This document shows, piece by piece, positions 12,105-25,047 of a stretch of 64,000 bases of DNA. A program made the translations under genes and the position numbers. The DNA comes from Octopus vulgaris (taxonomy: Eukaryota): the NCBI GenBank assembly GCA_951406725.2, contig OX597837.1, forward strand, positions 46,128,001 through 46,192,000. Reading direction: 5' to 3'. The first letter of the stretch is position 1. Every line of letters begins with the position of its first letter. The notes below the pieces were generated by a model that worked only from the letters and a program-made list of their open reading frames with translations, searched no databases and was not told the origin of the DNA.

Positions 12105-13594
12105 ATAATTTATCAGTGGTGGCTGTTTCTCTTGTCTTAAGAATTTCAGTAAAACATATTGCAACACGTTTGGCTTTATCTAATTTTGTTTTTGTCACAC
12201 AGAGAGTGAAATGTTATTTGTGTTTAACATTTAAGGATACCAGTAAACGGAGTTAAAATATTCAGGTGAAGTGGTTGCTAGCTAGATAACATATCAAAAA
12301 TTATAATTTATGGCTTCAGAGTTCATGTGTATGTTCTGGCTGTTTTAACTAACCTCGGCCTATTCTTATCCAGCAGTTCTATGATCAAAAGGAGATTTTT
12401 TAGACTCTATCTTGGACCACGTTAAATATAAAGGTGCAGGCATGGCTGTGCGGTTGAGAAGTTTGTTTCCCAACCACATGGTTCCAGGTTCAGTCCCACT
12501 GCGTGGCACCTTGGGCAAGTGTCATCTACTATGACCTTAGGCCAACCAAAATCTTGTGGGTGGATTTGGTGGACGGAAACTGAAAGAAGCCCATCATGTG
12601 TGTGTGTAGGAAATACGGAGCAACCCAACCTCAAGCTGCTCCTGCAATACAATGCGATTCTTGCAATAGGCTGTTTAGAGGAAGATATGGGGCTATTAGC
12701 TGTCGGGAAGCCCATCATCCCCTACAGCTCAAATGACCACCCCCTTCAGACTGAAATGTACTAAATACTTAGAAACAAGTCTTTTGCCAAGCGAGAGAGA
12801 GAGAGAGATTGCCTGTCTGCGGATGTGAATAGGATTTTTGCAAAATGTTTCATTTGGCTGAGAATGTACCAACACCATCAAATGTGTTGATAGAGTAACA
12901 AGCATACTGAAGATTGCTGTACACACACACACGTGTGTGTGTGTGAGAGAGAGAGAAAGAGCGAGAGAGAGAGTGAAAAACTGTCCAGTGTATGTCAGCA
13001 TGGTAAAAAATAGGTGATGGCAATAGTATTGTTGATTCGTTAATGATAATGTATTTATAATTTTGTATTTGAACTTTAGTTTTCTAATAGGAACATTAGA
13101 TTTTTGTAAAACAAAGAAAAAGCTTTGACAGTTTCTGTATGTCCTATTGCAGTTGTTATTGTTCTCCAAGTCAGCCCTGATCCAGCAGAGACCTATAATC
13201 AAAGATGTTCTAGCTGGTAGCCCAAGACTATCTGAACCAACGGGGGTAATGATTTTAGGGAGATTTGTCAGCTATTTTTAGCAGTCGAGCATGCTGCACA
13301 AAGCCTTCCTCATTGGTCTGTGGCTCCAATTATTTTCTGATGCTTGGAAGAGGAAATAAGAAAAGCTTGTCTCATGAAATTAGAACAGAAAGTTGAAAGG
13401 TTATTTGTACCAGCTTTTACTACTCTTCTGATTAATTATTATTTCTCTCTATCTCAGACACATTGGTTTTTTTTTCTTTTCTTTATTTGATTTTTAATGG
13501 ATAGCTCTTCTAATGTAGCTAATAGGTGTTCTACATTAGCTGGTTGTTTCAACCTTAATGTATTACTGGTATTCATTTGAGCAATTTAACAAGA

Positions 13595-13635
13595 ACAAGA
13601 GAATATTTGGGTTATAAACCCAAATATTCTCTTGT
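13595..13635. repeat. Perfect 19-bp inverted repeat with 3-nt loop
   Basis: ACAAGAGAATATTTGGGTT-ATA-AACCCAAATATTCTCTTGT. Confidence 0.93.
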
Positions 13636-15926
13636 GGATTTAGAACTCAGAAATGTGAAAGTGGAATAGCCTAACACACATGGTACATGGATGCTAACTG
13701 ATGATAAAATACTAAATATCATCAGCTCTCTACAAGCCGTGCTTCTTTCTCCATTCTACAGTTGCTAAATAAAAAAGAATAGCCACCTATGTATAAAAAA
13801 AAATAATGCAGATAATTTATGGAAAAGCAAATTTCCTGCTGTAGTTGTCCAGAGAGGATATTTTTTATGGATGTGTTTAAAAACATGAAGTGGTGAGAAT
13901 GCTAGACACACATTTCTGCGTCATTGGGCTTTGTCAGTAGCATGTACCCACTGTCAACCACATGCCAAGACAAAATCCATTGCTCCTGATAAATACAAAA
14001 ATAGTGATTGAACAAGTGCTGCTCTGGCAAAAAGCTGCCCAGCTGAATAAAAATTCGTTATATGCAACAGAAACAGTATTAAGTCAAAATGGCCTTGTTT
14101 TTATCATACTTAATGCAGACACATTGCAAGAAAGTAAATTTACTGTAGTATTTGTCTGCAGATAATATCTCTTATGGACATGCTGTGTTCAAAAGTGCAA
14201 ACATATATCAATAGCAGACGTATTTACATAAACTTAACTTTTGGTGTGAATTGGACAAATCTTCTCGACACAGTCTTAAGTTGGATACATTTCCTGACAC
14301 TAAGCCTTTCTCATCTCAACTATGGTATTTTATTGGTCTTTGTCCATTGAGCCACAGAACTGTGCTACATAAGCAAACGTTAACTACTGCTGATGTAATA
14401 TATTGATTTCTGGAACGGATGAAAGACGAAGTCGACCTTGGTGGAATTTGAACACAGTATGTAAAGATTGATGAAAAGCTGCTATGCATTTTGCCAGACA
14501 TGCTAATGGCTCTGCTCACTCACTGCTTTTACCTGTGTAATAGATTGATACTAATTGGGTAGTGATTATGTTTATGTGACACAATTTTGTGGTTCAGTGG
14601 ACAAGAAGGCCATTGAACACACACACACTGAATGGGCTTCTTTCAGTTTCTGCCTACCAAATCCACTCACAAGGATTTGGTCAGCCTTCAGCTATAGTAG
14701 AAGACACTTGACCAAGGTGCCACATAGTGGCACTGAATCCATAACTGCATGGTTAGGAAGCAAGCTTTCTTAACCACACAGCCATGCCTGCACCTAAATG
14801 ACTAGTTGCCAAGGTGATAGTTTGTAATTTGAAGATTTGACTGGTGTTTCTAGCAAGTAGAATATCCTGCCTCCCACCTAAAAGCTTCATTATCGTTTTG
14901 AAATGTTACCCAGTTTATTGATTATGGAAGTAATTGTATCAATGTAAGACGCTTGGTTGGCTGACTGACAAAAACAGAGAGTTTAACAAGCGTTTGGTGC
15001 AACGTGAATTTCCAAGTGTCCTGTCCTGCTGCTAATGACGTTTTATTTCAGCAGGAATTGCAGAGCACAATTTGTTCAGCAACTTGCACATATGTAAATG
15101 CATCCATGCACAACTTCCTACATGCTGCACGATTACGCTTGACGCTGTTTATTTTTCTCAGTTTCCTTTTCTTTTCCCTTGTTTTTTTTTTTTGTTGCTG
15201 TTATTGTTATTCAGATCCTGGCAAACTGGCAGAATCATTAGCACACAGGCGGCGAGCTGGCAGAAATGTTAGCACGCCGGATGAAATGCTCAGCTGCGTT
15301 TCGTCTGCCGTTAGGTTCTGAGTTCAAATTCCGCCAAGGTCGACTTTGCCTTTCATCCTTTCAGGGTCGATAAATTAAGTAACAGTTACGCACCGGGGTT
15401 GATGTAATCGACTTAATCCATTTGTCCTTGTTTGTCCCCTCTATGTTTAGCCCCTTGTGGGCAATAACGAAATAAGAATCATTTGCACACCAGGCAAGAT
15501 GCTTAGTGGCATTTTGTCTTTCCTTACCTTCTGAGTTCAAATTCCACTGAGGTCATCGACTTTGCTTTCATCCTTTCAGGCTCAATAAAATAAATACCAG
15601 TTGAGCACTGGGGTCGATATAATTCACCTGCCTCTTCCTCAGAATTGCTGGTTTTGTACCAAAAAAAAAGAGATTGAAACTGTTATTTAGACCCAGGTCA
15701 CTTCTGATTAAGCAAACCTATGATCCCTTAATCTATGGTCCACTTAAACAAAATAGGAACCAAAGGGGTCCATAGGTAAAAATATGGGTGAGAACCACTG
15801 GTTTAAGTGGTTAGTATTAGGAAAGATATTCAATCGTAGAAACCCGGCTAGACCAGACACTAGAGCACAATGCAGTCCTTGGGACATATTGGATCCTGTC
15901 AAACCATCAAACCCATGTCTGCATCG

Positions 15927-16038
15927 GATGGTTTTATATTTACAGATATTTATTTGTATATTACATGTTTTTATACATCATATATGATGTATAAAAACAT
16001 GTAATATACAAATAAATATCTGTAAATATAAAACCATC
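15927..16038. repeat. Perfect 112-bp AT-rich palindrome with no spacer
   Basis: 56-bp arms checked base by base; centre CATCATA|TATGATG between 15982 and 15983. Confidence 0.95.
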
Positions 16039-16102
16039 TGAATTTCTGAGTACCTCATTTCTTCTAATATAAAATACCTGTACATCATCTCCAAACCTTC
16101 TA

Positions 16103-16133
<31 letters not shown>

Positions 16134-16601
16134 TATACACAGACACAGTGGTCTTTCAGTTTCTCTACGAAATCCACATACAAGGCTTTGGCCAGTCCAA
16201 GGCCATAGTAGAAGACACTAGTGTAATTTTTTTTCATTAGAGGCATCCGTTGCTTAGATCTTACCAACTTTAAATCCAGTACTCAAGTATGTTGGCTGTT
16301 AAAGTTATAGCACCTAAACCTAAGGCTGTGTGTATGCATGTGTGAGAGAGAGAGCGCTATTTGTGGTTGGTATTTACTTTGAACACCCAAAAACTATTTA
16401 GTGTCCATGTTTTTTATTCAGTGTCTAAGCTTTGGTTATTATTATCTCCTAGAAATGTATTCAATAACTGATATTTTACTACCCTCTTAGGTCACCATAT
16501 ATGTTTTGAGAATCTGAAAGAGCTTCAGTATGAAATCTAATCCTACTTGTTAGATACAACCTGAATGACTCAGAACTTCTGGCCAGCATTTTCTCTCTCT
16601 T

Positions 16602-16665
<64 letters not shown>

Positions 16666-17344
16666 TGGTGAAAATGAACCAGGAAATAGTAGTAACATTA
16701 TAAAATAAAGTTTACTGGGAGCATTAAAAGCAAACAACTAAAAATTATGTAACGAAAACAATAGAATGCACAGTAATTGGCCGAGAGAAGTGTATTAGTG
16801 TTGGAGAATAGATAACTCAGAGATGCCATCGTTATGAAAATTATTTCTCGTTAGCCTTTAAATGTTACAATAAATATATTATGTAGAAGTAAATAATTAA
16901 GTGATGGCAAAAAAGTTTATGATTGTCGCATTTTTTTAATTGTTTTTTTGTTTCTTTTTATGTCTATTTTTTCCATGCTGGTCATGGATTGAATAAAGCT
17001 TATTGAGGCAGTATCCTATGGCCTAATGCTGTTCTTGGGATCAACCCTTATTTTTCTAGTGAGTTTAAAAAAAATTTTTGCTGGTTTTTGCATAAAACTG
17101 CTGAACCAAGTCATGTTGTTTACAGGAGAGGTAAACAAACACATTTACATACATGTACACACACACACACATTTTCTAATTGTATTTGTCTAGTAAATGA
17201 CTTGATATAAGACTGTGTTGATATTGACGTAGCTGCATCATAGAGAGGTCATATATATAATGTGTGTGTGGGTGTATATATGGCTTGTATGACTGTGCTG
17301 TATATATGTGCATATATATATATATATACATACATACACATAAA

Positions 17345-17579
17345 ATGTGCCGGTGGCACATAAAAAGCACTAACCAATCGTGGCTGTTGCCAGCCTCTCC
17401 TGGCATGTAAAAAGCACCCACTACACTCACGGAGTGGTTGGCACTAGGAAGGGCATCCAGCTGTAGAAACGCTGCCAGATCAGACTGGAGCCTGGTGCAG
17501 CCTTCTGGCTTCCCAGACCCCGGTCGAACCATCCAACCCATGCTAGCATGGAAAACGGACGTTATACGATGATGATGAT

Positions 17580-17580
<1 letters not shown>
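17345..17580 (+). mobile_element. SINE family C with (GAT)n tail; other copies about 11885, 18130, 29955, 30900 (+) and 9750, 37660, 39060, 39530, 48635 (-)
   Basis: Recurrent TGGTTGGCGTTAGGAAGGGCATCCAGCTGTAGAAAC ... CCAACCCATGCTAGCATGGAAAACGGACGTTAAACGATGATGATG. Confidence 0.85.
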
Positions 17581-17611
<31 letters not shown>

Positions 17612-17840
17612 GCACAATCATACAAGCAGTGTCATTCATTTCCAATAGTGTGCAAAAGTATGTCTGGCTATGGAGAAATATTACCTTAGTTGGAAACAGG
17701 TGAGGAATTATGATCAAAAGAGCGTTTGGCCATAGAAAATCTGCTTCAGTAAACTTCATCCTCCAACCTAGCATAAAAACGTGGGCATCAAAAACAAAAA
17801 ATGACAGACATAGAAGCATAGAAATTAGCTTGGTTTAGAC

Positions 17841-18459
17841 CAGAGGTTCTCAACCAGGGTCCATATAAGATTTTGGGGGATCCATGCAAGCAACATAGTC
17901 AATTGGAGATCCAAGGTAGTATTTCAAGGGTCCATGAAAAAAGTCTGCTTTATATGTATTTATTGCAAGAAACAGGTCTCAGTTTCTTTCTTTAATGTTT
18001 TGCATAGTTTTCAACATGTTTCCAGCCACTGAGACCTGTTCTCTCAGAGAGAGCTTTTGCAAATCTATGCAAGTAAATGTATAAGAATCAAAATAGGAAT
18101 TTTGAAAGGGCTATCTATAAAATTAGTTTGCTGCTGGACTGGCTCCTGTGCAGGTGGCCTGTAAAAAGCACCATTTGGGTGTGGCCATTGCCAGTACCAC
18201 CAAACTGGCCCTCGTGCCGGTGGCATATAAAAAGCACCCACTACACACTCGGAGTGGTTAGTGTTAGGAAGGGTATCCAGGTGTAGAAACTCTGCCAGAT
18301 CAAGATTGGAGCCTGGTTCGCCAGACCTCAGTCAAATCGTCCAACCCATGCTAGCATGGAAAGTGGACGTTAAACGATGATGATGATGACTGGCTACAGG
18401 GTCCACCAGGATAAAATATTAATCAGAGGGGTCCATAGATGAATGGTTGAGAACCACTG
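17841..18459 (+). mobile_element. hAT-type (Charlie-like) MITE with a nested SINE; related partial copies near 15730-15800, 31960-32193 and 34920-35230
   Basis: TIRs CAGAGGTTCTCAACC / GGTTGAGAACCACTG, degenerate 8-bp flanks gtttagac / ctgtagat, repeated subterminal GGGTCCA motifs. Confidence 0.7.
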
Positions 18460-20510
18460 CTGTAGATGGATGCTTGCTTCTCTTTCTAAATTTTGTGGTT
18501 ACCAGAGTGAAATGGAGATGAATCCCATCATGTATTAATAATCAGAAAATAATCTATTCATGTTATCTTTTAATTGCAGAAATTAATAACTGTAATTAAT
18601 ATTCTTTTCAATAAATTGCTCTCTGTGTCATTCTTGGCTTTTAATTTCGTTACATTTAGCCATTGTGGTTGATGTCACATTGAAAAACTCTCTCTCTCTC
18701 CCAGTAAACCAACAGAGACAATGAGTGCTTGTGTTAATAGATGAAGTGGAATGATTTATAATTGTAATAATAAAAATAATTACTTTATGTGGAGTGGCGG
18801 GAGGTGGGGGGTTGTTTATATGTGTCAAGTAATTAAATCAAACGAATGAGATGGCTGGATGAAAATAATTAAATGAAAGAATCCTAAGAAAGTTTGTTAG
18901 TCAAATTGGTTACATTTGATATGTTTTTAATATGCATAATAAAATATTAGTTTCAAATTCTGGCACAAGACCAGCAATTTCAGAGGAGGAGGGGCTAAAT
19001 CAATTAAATCAACACCAGCGCTTGGCTGCTACTTATTTTATTAACACTGAATGAATGAAAGCCAAATCGAATTTGAACTCAGAATGTGAGGATGGGTGAA
19101 ATACCTATTTCTTTACTACCCACAAGGGGCTAAACACAGAGGGGACAGACAAACAGAATCAAGTTGATTATATCGACCCCGGTGCGTAACTGGTCTTTAA
19201 TTTATCGAACCCGAAAGGATGAAAGGCAAAGTCGACCTCGGTGGAATTTGAACTCAGAACATAGCGGCAAACAAAATACCGCTAAGCATTTTGCCCAGTA
19301 TGCTAATGATTCTGCCAGCTTGGCACCCAATGCAGGGTAGAAATATTACAAAAACAGACAGTAAATGTATAATGGAGAGGTAGGCTAGTTAGGCTGGTTC
19401 AAGTGCTAAATTTCTTTGCAGATTAAAGCATTTAGGCATTTAATTAAAACAAGTTATTAAAATAATTTACTTAGATGGGTTTTTTTTTACCCTTTCACTG
19501 CTGTGTGTGTCACATGTGAAACAGGACACATTTATTTTCCTGGCATCTCGGCTGAGTTCAAATTCCACCGAGGTCGACTTTGCCTTTCATCCTTTCGGGG
19601 TTAATTAAATAAGTACCAGTAAATCACTGGGGTCAATATAATCGACTTAATCCCCTTGTCAGTCCTTGTTTGTCCCCTATATGTTTAGCCCCCTGTGGGC
19701 AATAAAGAAATACATATATGATATGCATTCCCAATTTTTATTTCCAACTATCAGAGTAACTTGAGACTTATGATAGGAAAGCTTTATACTACCCAGAACC
19801 AGGGATTAACTAAAAGTCTGAAAATAAGCAAATCTTTTATCTTTGAACTGTTTCAGTCATTAGATTGTGGCCATGCTGGGGCACCACCACCAAAGAACTT
19901 TTTTAGTGGAATGAATCAACCCTAGTACTTATTTTTTGTTTTAAGCCTCGTACTTATCCTATCGCTCATTTATGGGGACGTAAATAAACCAACAACGTTA
20001 AAAATAAATAACTAAACAAAAGATGTGCATATGGAATGTATTAACTTGGTGCTCAGTAAAGGTGGAAAAAAAGGGCTGTTTCTTGTAATCCATACCAATA
20101 TATACATCTAAAGCAAAAATTTTTCAGGGGCCCTTAAAATACTATTTTGGATGCCCAATTTACTATTTTGTTGTGTGAACCCCCCAAAATATTACACGGA
20201 CCCTCAGGGGGCCACTGATGTAGAGGCTCCCTCATTGGCCCCTAAAGTAACTGGTATCCAGCAGAGGCTGAAGCTATCTACTGTCGTACTCAAAATATCA
20301 TTATGTCGCATTACACTATCAGAAGCAGCTCTCATCCCATTAATGCGGATATTTAGAATAGCAATGTGTGTGTGTGTGTGTGTGTGTGTGGCCAGTTGAT
20401 CTGACCAGCTGATGCCAAGCTTTGTATCAATTGATTTTTACTGTACATATGATATTTCTGCTTTTTAACATCATCATCCAGTTTGTTTTGTTTTATATAC
20501 ATTATATATA

Positions 20511-20912
20511 GGCGCAGGAGTGGCTGTGTGGTAAGTAGCTTGCTTACCAACCACATGGTTCTGGGTTCAGTCCCACTGCGTGGCACCTTGGGCAACTGTC
20601 TTCTACTATAGCCTCAGGCTGACCAAAGCCTTGTGAGTTGATTTGGTAGACGGAAATTGAAAGAAGCCCGTCGTATATATGTATATATATATATATATAT
20701 ATGTGTATGTTTGTGTGTCTGTGTTTGTCCCCCTAGCATTGTTTGACAACCGATGCTGGTGTGTTTACGTCCCCGTCACTTAGCAGTTCGGCAAAAGAGA
20801 CCGATAGAATAAGTACTGGGCTTACAAAAGAATAAGTCCCGGGGTCAATTTGCTCGATTAAAGGCGGTGCTCCAGCATGGCCGCAGTCAAATGACTGAAA
20901 CAAGTAAAAGAG
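20511..20912 (+). mobile_element. tRNA-derived SINE family B, near full length; other copies about 3862, 12436, 21218, 24293, 32463, 41165, 62091, 62594 (+) and 14635, 21675, 28050, 49318, 52850 (-)
   Basis: GTGGCTGTGTGGTAAG A-box, GGTTCAGTCCC B-box, CORE-like ACCTTGGGCAAGTGTCTT, internal (TA/TG)n, tail CCAGCATGGCCGCAGTCAAATGACTGAAACAAGTAAAAG. Confidence 0.9.
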
Positions 20913-22002
20913 TATATATATATAAAATGAGAATTTCATATATATATATAAATTTGGCATTCCTTTATTCCATCTGTTACACCTGTATCTTTATTCAGTA
21001 ATTAATGATGTCACCCTATAAATGCACTTGATACATGCAACTTGAAGGGGTTGACACAGTCTGAGGATGTGTTTCATAGGATTATGTACGCTGCATTTAT
21101 CAGTTGCACGTATGGATTGCAATAATTAATTACTGGATACAGATACATTATGTAACAGATGGAGTAAAAGAATATCACGTTCATGCCTTGTTGTCTTTTT
21201 TTTTTTTTTCTCCCGTGGGTGCAGGAGAGGGTGTGTGATAAGGAGCTTGCTTCTCAACTACATAGTTCTGGGTTCAGTCCCACTGCATGGCACCTTGGGT
21301 AAGTGTCTTCTGTTATAGCCTTGGGCTGACCAAAGCCTTGTGAGTGGATTCAGTGGATGGTAACTGGAACAAGCCCACTGTATACATCTGTGTGTGTTTG
21401 TCCTGCATCATCATTTGACAACCTGTGTTGGTTTATTTATGTCCCTGTAACTTAGCAGTTTGGCAAAATGTAAGTAATAGAATAAGTACCAAGCTTAAAA
21501 CAAAAAATAAGTACTGGGGTCAGTTCATTCGACTAAAAGTTCTTCAAGGCAGTGCCCCAGCATGGCCGCAGTCTAATGACTGAAACAAGTAAATGGTGGA
21601 AACTATTTACATTAGCAAGCATATAAAAGTGAATGTTAAAATGATAATAATAATTTATATATATATATAATGCTTTAGCCATTTGACTGTGGCCATGCTG
21701 GAGCACCACCTTGAATTTTAGTTGGACAAATCAACCCCAGCACTTATTATTTTGTAAAGCCTGTAACTTAGACTATTCGTCTCTTTTTCTGAGCTGCTAA
21801 GCTACAGGGATGTAAACACACCATCACTGGTTGTCAAGTGATGGTTGGGGACTATATTCATGACAGGTTTCTTTCAGTTTCCATCTACCAAATCCACTCA
21901 CAGGGCTGTAGCAGACGGCACTTTCCCAAAGTGCCATGCAGTGGGATCAAACCAGGAGCCATGTGGTTGGGAAACAAACTTATTACCACACAGCCACATA
22001 TA

Positions 22003-22044
<42 letters not shown>

Positions 22045-22995
22045 TATGTTTGTGTATACCAGTAAAATGTGCAAAAATATATGGAAAGTCCCATGCCTGA
22101 TTATATTGATTGCCATTTGATAGAAACTGATGGAATAAAGACTGAAATCTGTAGCTATGTTGATGTGGTTGACGGAAATAGTTGATGGCAGCGCCTCAGC
22201 ATGACCACAGTTCAGTGATTCGAACCAAGAAAAGGATAAATGAGATGTAGTTTCTATTTAATAAAATATAGAAACAAAACTAGACTCTTCCGGTGCAAAC
22301 AAAAATTAACAAAAGCCATTCAGTGTGTGAAATGATATTATCTAACATTTTATTTCAATTATTCATTGCATTGCTTTATATTCTCAATGAACAAAGTACA
22401 CGGCTTGGTTTTATCAAGACTCCTTTCGTATTGTTGTTGTTTTTGTGTCAAGTCAACCTTGATTTATCAAAGCTGGGAAGGTCCTGGCTTTAAGGATATC
22501 ACAAAAGGACTGGTTGGAGATCCAACCTTCCGAGTTCTTTTATAGGGCTTAGTCAAACTGAAGATCTGCTGCAATAAGTGGGTGGATCTGAGATGGGGGA
22601 ATATTTTGAATAAAATCATGATTCACTGATCCTCCTCTATTTCCTTTAACCAAAGCCAGGGGCTTATCGGCATCCCTTTCTATATTGCCTTGTAACTATC
22701 CCCTCTTTCATTTTTTCCTACTTGAGTGAGTGTGTGTATGTAATATAGATACAGATGTGGTTGTGTGGTTAGTAACCTAGGGGTTTTTGGGTTCATTCTC
22801 ACTACACTGCACCCTGGGGAAGTGACTTCTGTTGGCCGAAAAATACCTTTTGTGTGGATTTGGTAAACGGAAACTGTGTGGAAACCCATGTGTGTGTACA
22901 CTTGTGTTTCTCCCCCACCACTGCTTGCCAGCTGGTGCTGGTTTGTTTACATCCATGTAACAGCAGTTTGGCAGATGAAACCAATAAAATAAGTA

Positions 22996-23869
22996 CAAGG
23001 GGACACCCAAGAGAAACTGGAATTTTGCAATATTATTTTATTCACTTAGTTTTACATCTTTACACTTTTATTGCCTTCAAAGTATTCTCCATTTGAAGCA
23101 ATGCATTGGTCCAAGACGGGTTTTCCACTATTTGAAGCAGTCTTGAAACTTGTGCGAAGTGATACCTTTTAATGCTTCTGTCATTTTTTTTTCTTCACCT
23201 GTTCCACATCTGCAAATTCCGTAGCACCAGCTTTTGTCACCAATGTTGACTTTCGAAAAAAGGTCCAGATCAACTTCCAACTGTTCTTTCAGTTCATGAC
23301 ACACATTCAGTTGTGACTGCTTTTGATCTTCCGTGAGCAAGTGAGGCACAACATTTTGTTGCAACTCTTTTCATTCGCAATTCCTCAATTAAAATTCGTT
23401 GCCAGGAGTTCCAGGACACATCAGTCAGATCAACAAGTTCATCGATTGTTCAGTAACAGTCCACCAAAATCAGTTCATGATTTTTTCATTCATTCAGGAA
23501 ATCAGTGGTCACCATGAACGAGGATGGTCTTCAAGCAACAAGTGACCATTCCTAAAGCATAGAAACCACTTGTAAACTTGTGTTTTGCTCATGGCATCAT
23601 CCTTGTAAGCTGTTTGAAGCATGACAACTGTTTTGGTTTCTGTTTTCTCCAGCAGAAAACAGAATTTCACAGAAGCATGCTGTTCTTTTTTTTGTTTTAT
23701 TCGTTGCAAAAATTGACAAACGAGAGAAGCACTGCAAAATAAAGATGCATCACATGGCAGTACAACTTCACATGACAAAGCCAGTCGACAGACTGATGCC
23801 TGAGGGTTGCATCAAGTGGCTTCTAGTAGCAGAAACCTGAACTACAACAGGCTTTTGGGTACCCCCTTG
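22996..23869 (-). mobile_element. Internally deleted mariner transposon with both TIRs and TA target duplication
   Basis: TA|CAAGGGGACACCCAAGA ... TTTTGGGTACCCCCTTG|TA; relic transposase QHASVKFCFLLEKT..MSKTQVYKWF..LEDHPRS, VPHLLTEDQKQ, GDKSWCYG, QCIASNGEYFEG. Confidence 0.9.
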
Positions 23870-25047
23870 TATTAGAGTCAATTTTTTTTTTTTACTAAAC
23901 CCTTCAAGGTGGTGTTCCATTGACTGAAACAAATAAGCGATAATAGACATATCATTGTGGGTTGAATAATTCTGCAAATTTTCACATCTCTCTCTCTCTC
24001 TGTTCATTAGCCAACGGGCTTTATTTAGTATTGCATTTTGTTTCTAATCTTATTCCCCCTGTTATGCTTGGCTGGCAAAGCCAAGTTGAGTGATGTGTCT
24101 TGCCTAAGACACACAAAACAACATAACACAATGACTAAGAAATCAATAAGCTAGAAACATGCATAATTAATAGATTATTCCGATGCAGCTTTTGTATTTG
24201 TAAACTGCTGCCATTGTGCACCGTAATATTGCATGCATGAAAAAGATAGATTCGTGGAATATTGAGGCACGACAGTATTGATGTATGATGTCGGTGCAGT
24301 TGTGACTGTGTGGTAAGAAGCTTGCTTCCTAACCACATGGTCTCAGGTTCAGTCCCACTGTGTGGCATTTTAGACGAGTGCATTGGCCTATAACTCTGGG
24401 TACATCAAAGCCTTGTGAGTGGATTTGGTAGATGGAAACTGAAAGGAAGGGGCCAACTGTGTGTGCGCGCGTGTGCTACTGTCTCTTTGCCTTGACATCT
24501 CGTGTGTGCCCTTGTCATGACTTAATATGAAGATTCTACATCAGCATCACTGCCATATAAGTGAAGTTGTTCATTTCCAGTCTTCCATGAAAATCATGTC
24601 TCACCATGCTTGGAAACCGGTGTGGGTTGGTTAAAAGGCGGCGAGCTGGCAGAACCGTTAGCACGCCGGGCGAAATGCGTAGCCGTATTTCGTCTGCCGT
24701 TACGTTCTGAGTTCAAATTCCACCGAGGTCGACTTTGCCTTTCATCCTTTCGGGGTCGATAAATTAAGTACCAGTTACGCACTGGGGTCCTTGTTTGTCC
24801 TCTCTGTGTTTAGCCCCTTGTGGGTAGTAAAGAAACAGGTATGGGTTGGTGACAGGAAGGGCATCTGGTCATAGAAAGTCTGCTTTGGTAAATTCCGTCT
24901 GACTTATACAATGTGTATGTTAAAATGGTGATGGTGGTGGTGGTGGTGGTGAATCTTTTTCCTCAAAGATTTTAAGTTTGTAATTTTTGTCTTCTTTCTT
25001 TTTTTGTTTTCCAGGTAATTAAAGGAAGAAAAAGAAAAGAACTAACA

